This document shows, piece by piece, positions 50,701 to 64,000 of a DNA stretch of 64,000 nucleotides. The notes below the pieces were generated by a model. It had not been told where the DNA came from. It was given only the letters and a program-made list of their open reading frames with translations, and did not search any database. A program made the translations under genes and the position numbers. How positions within the stretch are numbered: the first letter of the stretch is position 1; each line of letters starts with the position of its first letter. This DNA is from Nitrospirales bacterium (lineage in GTDB: Bacteria > Nitrospirota > Nitrospiria > Nitrospirales > UBA8639), in assembly GCA_965203295.1 (NCBI GenBank), contig CBDBCZ010000017.1, positions 1,440,001 through 1,504,000 of the forward strand, given 5' to 3'.

Positions 50701-53700
50701 CAAATAATTGAGTTTTGTCATCAATGAGTAAACAACTACTATACTAATTTATATTTGCCTGGCAGGCATGCTAATGGTGTACCAAGCTCTTAATGGACCA
50801 GCAGCTATGAGGATTGTGTAAGTACAGTAAAGTATGTATTGTCCGCCCATAACCCCCTTTGAGTAAAATTTACGTCGGAGAATAATAATGTACTTAGTAT
50901 CTATCTGCCAGCTGGGCTGCCTATTCAAAATCATGAGAACCTGCCAGTTTTCGCTGTGCCTATTTTGAGGAAAAGGATTAAAGACACCTGTGTGATGACA
51001 CTTTGATAATCATTGAACAGGTTATAGCTCTCATGGAGCGTATCTTAGCATCCAGAATCTGAGTGAGGAGTTGGAGTTGAGAATTAAAAAACGTTCCCAG
51101 TACATACTTTGCTACGGAGGATTGTTAGCCACGCCTAGCCTGGCCAGATAGCTCAGTTTTACATTTTTAACAGTGATGGAATAAAACTGTTAACATCGAG
51201 ACCAGTTGGTCACAGACTATAGACCTAGCCCTGCCCCCTCAGTATTTATTTGCTGTCGGACCAGCTGCTGTGAGGATTGTGTAAGTAAGCCAGCAGTAGG
51301 GCTGCCCATTCAAAATCAGGAGAGCTTCGTTGTGTCTGTTTTTGGAGAAAAAAGATTGAAGATACCTACAGCTGTGTGATGACACTTTGATGTCTTATGA
51401 TGATCACACACTACTCTGCTGTTAACTCACTTTATCTATCATAAACATGAACCAGAGAATCTGAATGTCAATAGTCTATCAGCTTTCATGTAGGTTTCTG
51501 CTTGCTTACCTCATGCAGAGGGTAGGCTGCCGTGAATGTGTGATCATGTAGTAGATGGTGCAGACCAATTGCATCGTGGCTGGGGTCATCTCTTTCATCA
51601 GCACTTCTCACATTTTGCAGGATTTCCCACGTCTGCATTAGAAGACAGAAGTTGTACAATCATGTATAAGAGAGCTTTTATCATGTGTGCCTATGATGCA
51701 TTTATGCATGCACAGCTGGTAAAGAGTATATTGATTCAAGGGTTCCTGGATCGTTTTTATAAAGGGATCCATGTTATCTATGGACTTGTAGCTGAGGCTT
51801 CCTCTATACGCAGGATTGAACTCACTATCGCACTTCTCTGAGCACTGGTAAAAAATGTGTCCTTGTCCCAATCTTGAAAACTGTAGATAGACAAACATAC
51901 AGAAATACTTATTCTACAGGAATGTGAGGTTTGTTAATAGCAGCCTGACGATGAAGAAGATGCACCTAGTCCTGTTCTTTATGACAATATTTTCTAGACA
52001 CATGGCTATGTGATGAAACGTGCTTTACAGAAGCTAAAAAGGCAGCATGATGCGTAATAATGTTGTGCAGTTGAGCCCTGCCATTGACAGAATCTCAGCA
52101 CTATGAACGCAGTGATGCAATTAAAATACATTAATCTTCATTTTATACCTGAAAACTTCCACATAAATTAATCATATATAGAAATCGTACATAGCCTAGG
52201 TTAGATACTACACAAGTAATTTGTGTAAGTTAATTCCTGCCAGAATCTCAGCACTATGAACGCAGTGATGCAATTAAAATACACAATGGAATAATCTTCA
52301 TTTTATACCTGAAAACTTCCACATAAATTAATCATATAATAAATTAATAATAAATTAAATTTAAATTAAAAATTAAATAATAATAAATTAAATTTAAATT
52401 AAAAAATTAAATAATAATAAATTAAATTAAATTTTACGTAGATACTACACAAGTGATTTATGTAAGTTAATTCCTGCCCCCAATCGGATCACAAAATAAG
52501 AAACCTCTCACCTTTCCCTGTGTTCATATTTGAATGGAGCAGTGAATCGGCTGGGGACTTCAAGATGCTCATCCTCGGGTTTAAGAGGTTCAAAAGGGTC
52601 CTTCACATCAATGCTGTCAAAGAACAACTCCCGCCAGCTGAGAATCTCTTCTGTTATATCTGAGTCCTATTGGGATGAAAATCTAATTATTGTGAGGTGA
52701 TAGGAGTGTAGTAAAGTACTGTTATGTATGCTATGATGTAATGTGATTATGTATTGTAGGGATTTCCCCCTCTAGGCATGTCTGTCTGCATGGCTGTCCA
52801 TCTTTCAAAGAGATTCATGATTGTCTCATTCTCAGACCCACGTGCACAAATTCACCTGATCATAGGTCCTGTATCACCTCAAGATACCCTTCATACACTG
52901 ACCTTCAGGGGCATGTTGAGAAACATTCTTTCTGCTCGACAAAGTAAAGCTTCATGAGTGCAGTGAATGAAGTATGTTTCCGGCTCATCTAACTCCTATG
53001 AGAGAATTGCATACCACCAATATCAACTATAGACTGTCAATGACTTTGTGTATAATGTAATCAAATGGGGTGCACTGCAGTAATAATAGCTTGTCATGTG
53101 TACATTACTTAAATAATACAATTTTGATCCTAATTCTACAAGTTTCAGATCCCAATTCCTATCTAATCTTTAATAAAATGAATCTGTATCTGAATTAGCT
53201 CTGCCACTCAATACTGAACAGCTGGTCATGTTTACTTTACTTACTTTACGACATAATTTTAATCTAGACCTAATCCATTATGTTTCATAATCTATTTGGT
53301 CCTAATCTAATCCTTAATACAACTATCTGAATTAGCTCTGCTCTGATTTGCAGCTATCCTATTTGGTTAAATCCAATCCAATGACGTTATCAATGCAGAT
53401 CTTCCAATGAACAGCTTTCCTCTAAGAAATAAAGCTTTACATGTGCAAATACAAACAAAATGCGTCGAATGTGAATAAATAATACATGCTCACAGATTTG
53501 CTGTTCTTGGGTTCATAGTCCAGCCCCTTCTCCAAACACGCCCGCAGGAAGTACTCCCGCTTGGCTCTCCGCTCCTCCCTGTTCTCCTCCGTGATCTCAC
53601 TTATCCGAGCACAAGGGTTGAAGCGACTGTGCGTCACCTTACCAAGATGGAGCCTCAGCTGCTCTTCTTCGTAGGTCAAGACAAAGTCTGCATACACAGG

Positions 53701-56031
53701 AAAAAATGAAAATTTCCAGAAATGCGTTAAAAGGAAGGAAATCTGGTATTTCAGGAACAGGGTAGTATATGATAGGCAGAGTTTCCTCTAAAATCATGAA
53801 ATTCTGCCCTATCCTGTACCTGAAAACCACAGATTTCCCGTCAAATTTCCTTAAAACGCATTTCATGATAATCCACTTTTTTGCTGTGATGTGCAGAGAT
53901 GTAAGTACAGTTATTAAAGCGGAGTCAGGTGACACTCCCACTGACTGTATCCACACTTATAATTTGCAATGTTTGTGGGTGTACAGTGTGCATACGTGAC
54001 GGAAACAGAAACAGAAGCCCCATGTGTGCATTCCCTGATACACTTTTACTGATCTGACCCTATACCCATGTATGAAAGAAACATGTCAAAGTGAAGCACG
54101 TGTCTAGATAGAAGTATAAGCGTTAGTTGGGTGAGGGCAAAACTGCATGGAGGCACAATAAAACTCTACCTAAGGGTATTTTCCTGGTACAATGCCTTAG
54201 CTCTGACTACATACATGTACACAACATGGCTAAACACCATTCATCTGCATGCCTTTATAAAAGCAAATAGCTGTACATGTATATTGGGCGTGAGGCCGAG
54301 ATTAGGTTGTATCGTACATCCTGTAGGCGTGCCAGCTTCCTGTGGCTGTATATAAACATTCGTGTGAGGTGGAACTTCCCTATGATAGCAATTTTGGACC
54401 TGGAAACAGGAACTACTTACTACATAATGAAGTGGACATTATGTTTCCTTATATAATCATTTCTTTACAGCTAAAGTTATAGTGCTCCAAAAGTTTGTTC
54501 TCCGTGGTATACATGAAAGCAAATGTCATGCAGTTCTAATTTTGGTACATCTAATCCTGCACCTCTTAGCAATCCTCCTTGTGTATAAATGCTTCACCAG
54601 CTAAGCTGATTTAGATAGTTCCTCGCTGGGTGCATACAGGTGGAGAATAGTCTAGGGAAGGCCTGGCGCATGCATATCTTATGATTACGTAGATTTTGAC
54701 TTCACTAATTAAAGGTAGATGGGGAATGTAATCAGTAAACTCTGCTCTTATTGCCCCGCGTGCTCAATATTCTTAGATGGCAAAGAAGATTCGAATAAAG
54801 ATATCACACGCAGTGATGTAATCAAAATATGCGGAGACTCCAATATAATATTATGTCATCATTATTACTCTCACCAATTTGGCTCTTGCCATCCTTAAAC
54901 ACAATGGCCGGCTTTGCCTGAAGAGGGAAGAAATGAACAATTCAACGGATCGAGACAAAATGACTATGTCTTCAAAAGGAATTATTCACCAGCTGCTTCT
55001 GATAAAGGGAGGGGGGAGAGCACGCTGTGATGTCACTCTATCTTCCCCAGTGTGCTGACTCTACGTATCTACTAGTATACTATAATAGTTAGCATGAATT
55101 CCAGCTATCGTTGTACAGTGGAACTCCTCTTAACTCTTTACCAACCAATGACGCACATATGCATCATGAGCTCCCATAAGCCCTTATGAATTTATATGGG
55201 GCTTCAAATACTAGGCGTTAATACTTATAACAGTCTTTTCTACTTCTTTAAGCTGTTTCTTATGGTTGGTAAAGGCTATGCACCCTGAAATAAGGGCACC
55301 TCTCTATTAAGACACTTTGCTATATTCTGGAAAATTAAAGGTACATGATTACATACGTATCAGTCGCTGGTACTGGGCAATTTGAATTGGGTTCTGCTCA
55401 GTCTATTACAGGAATTAAGCTGGTGCTTCTCGAAAAGGTACAAAAGGCGGGCCAAATGTATTTAGCTAGCATGATCAGAACAAGCAACTATAGCTCTGAA
55501 AATCCGCTGCAGTTTTGCATGCTTGCAGCTGTAGATATTTCGTTCCAGCAATCTTAGGGGCTTGAGCGTGGCTGTACATGTATCACAGCTCCGAAGTGAA
55601 CAGCTTGTGTGCAGTGGGGGGTACAGCTAACTTTGAAAATCCGCTGCAGTTTTGCATTCTTGCAGCTGCATGTAGATAATTCGTCCCAGCAAATTTGGGG
55701 TTTCAGCTCCCAGTTTGTGTACAGTGGGGACTACAGTTAGCTTTTTAAAAAAAACAGCAGCTGTAGATATTTCGTCCCAGCAAATTTTGGGGCTTGCGCG
55801 TGGCTGTGTCACAGCTCCTAGCTTTATATGTGCAGTGGGGGCTACAACTAGCTTTTAAAAAAAACATTACTACTTTGATCATAATTATGAGGCTGCAGCG
55901 AAACTAGACCCGACCCGACTGACCTCTGCTGTCCCTAGCAGCTGCAGCTCTTCCTCGTCAGTAGCGTGGCCGTCTTCATCAAACGTCTGCAGGGCTCGGG
56001 CAGCCTCAGCATCTTCAGTTGGCGCAGCCAT
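41722..56031 (-). CDS. ANO: Anoctamin / TMEM16 family protein, copy 2 (complete, 21 exons, ~1026 aa; recent paralog of copy 1)
   Basis: Exons (minus): 56031-55924, 54917-54875, 53687-53494, 52995-52903, 52666-52512, 51880-51826, 51632-51510, 50231-50119, 49905-49765, 49363-49258, 48988-48928, 48777-48695, 48000-47824 (GC donor), 46918-46711, 46597-46486, 45487-45335, 44524-44406, 44267-44115, 43362-42759, 42323-42233, 41910-41722. Intron positions and phases are the same as copy 1, and parts of the introns still align. Confidence 0.94.
44985..45038. mobile_element. 54-bp micro-MITE, 9-bp TSD
   Basis: ctaacaatc-TAGCCTCGTTCC...GGAACGAGGCTA-ctaacaatc. Confidence 0.85.
45575..45861. mobile_element. 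AT-rich TIR MITE (actaaa repeats)
   Basis: tagtgttgttttagt / actaaaacaacacta; it interrupts a local tagtatggtagaactcc duplication. Confidence 0.75.
48286..48325. mobile_element. 40-bp micro-MITE, 9-bp TSD
   Basis: acttactac-TAGCCTTGT...ACGAGGCTA-acttactac. Confidence 0.8.
48509..48559. mobile_element. 51-bp micro-MITE, 9-bp TSD
   Basis: tatggttgc-TAGCCTCATGCCCAGGC...GCCTGGGCACGAGGCCA-tatggttgc. Confidence 0.8.
52088..52478. repeat. Tandem duplication with AT-rich expansion in the second copy
   Basis: cagaatctcagcactatgaacgcagtg occurs at ~52088 and ~52241; a pure A/T taaat-type array occupies 52335-52435. Confidence 0.8.
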
Positions 56032-57298
56032 TACAAAATTACGGTATGACTGTCAGTAGTCGATCGGTAGCTTCCGCGCGCACTGCATGCACGCGCTGGT
56101 ACTTTAAAGATACGTACGTGCATAAATTACGAATTCCTTGAATAATGAGGACACTGGTGTCAATCGCGGTCACCTGTGTAATGTGCAGAAAATTTAGCGT
56201 TGTTATAATATAGTTAACGGAACAAAAAATGAATGAATGATTCAATAACCCCCGATGAGGAGAATGTATTATACATAAACGCATCATTAGCCAAACTCTT
56301 TCAAACAACCGAAATTTACTTCTGCGCATGCGCTCTTGGTACAATTTTGTGTGGTACTTTTACACAGTTAATAAATAACGCTACATGTACATGTACATGT
56401 ACCCACTGCACATTATTATATAGCAATATATTATACGTTTAGGGTTGAGTAAATTAGGGGTAGGGCTGGCGCCGCTACGCAGTTTATAGATTTATAGAAT
56501 CAATGTCATGCCGACTAGGCCTTGATGGATTATTCTTTTTTTTCTACCTATTATTCTATTCTTTTATTCTTGAAAGTCTTACTTATTATTCTTTTCATTC
56601 TACCTATTCTTTTTATTGCACCTACACCTGTATCATTCTCATAAAAGTAATACAAAAAGTGAACCAAAACTGGTCCAGAAGAAGCCATCTATAGTGACAC
56701 ACCATGAAGAAACTTATGAACCATCATTATACAGCAACATGGAATTATGCCAGCAATTATTTGGTCACAGGTTGCAAAACAATTATTTTCCACAGGACAA
56801 ATTCAATCATAGTCTGGAAAGGGATGTGACTCACGAGTCATGTGACCCCAAAACTTACCCATTACATGTATTCTTTTTTGGGCCAAAATGGCAACCTATT
56901 ATTCTCGAATTCTTAATTCTTTTTGCTACCTATTACTCTCAAAATTATGCCAGCACAATTTATCAGGGCCTAATCACAACTCTCACAATTCTTGTTGGCT
57001 ACAAATAAAATTCTTTTAATAGCAATAAGGGGGAAAAACACAATACAGGTGTTTATTCAAATAAAATTATAACAACCATATCCGGTGTGTCCTGTGCATG
57101 CTAATCACTGCTATACTACAAAGATTGGGAATTCTCAAATCTACACTGTACATCTCTAAACTAAAACACCTCCGGTGGAGAATGAATGAACTCAACAAAC
57201 AATAGGTCAATCATAACCGACTAGAGTACTATATTCTAATATTATGGTACACTCGAGTTCTCGCAGCTCAAATAATCGGCAAGGAGCTCGGCCGAGGG

Positions 57299-63976
<6,678 letters not shown>

Positions 63977-64000
63977 CTGATGGGAGAAATCAACGTACGC

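Overview
This is eukaryotic, intron-rich animal DNA, most likely from a demosponge (inferred from domain types and repeat families, not verified). Five protein-coding genes lie head-to-tail on the minus strand in two tandem arrays. (1) Two paralogous multi-immunoglobulin-domain genes. Gene B (18800->7408) is complete: 14 exons, about 1303 aa, with a signal peptide, 11 Ig-like domains built from a duplicated 5-exon cassette, and a Cys-containing SEA-like C-terminal domain. Gene A (6250->window start) is partial and carries a +1 frameshift in exon 7. (2) Three anoctamin/TMEM16 paralogs: two complete 21-exon genes (40272->20977 and 56031->41722) and the 3' part of a third, more canonical copy (>64000->57299). 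The two complete copies differ most in the groove helices TM3-TM6. Copy 2 has unusual residues at known selectivity and Ca2+-site positions and a frameshifted C-terminus. Introns carry many small non-autonomous elements (TA-, TTAA-, 8-bp and 9-bp TSD classes, hairpin elements, a tRNA-derived SINE) and satellites. All exon boundaries were read by hand from splice sites and frame continuity.
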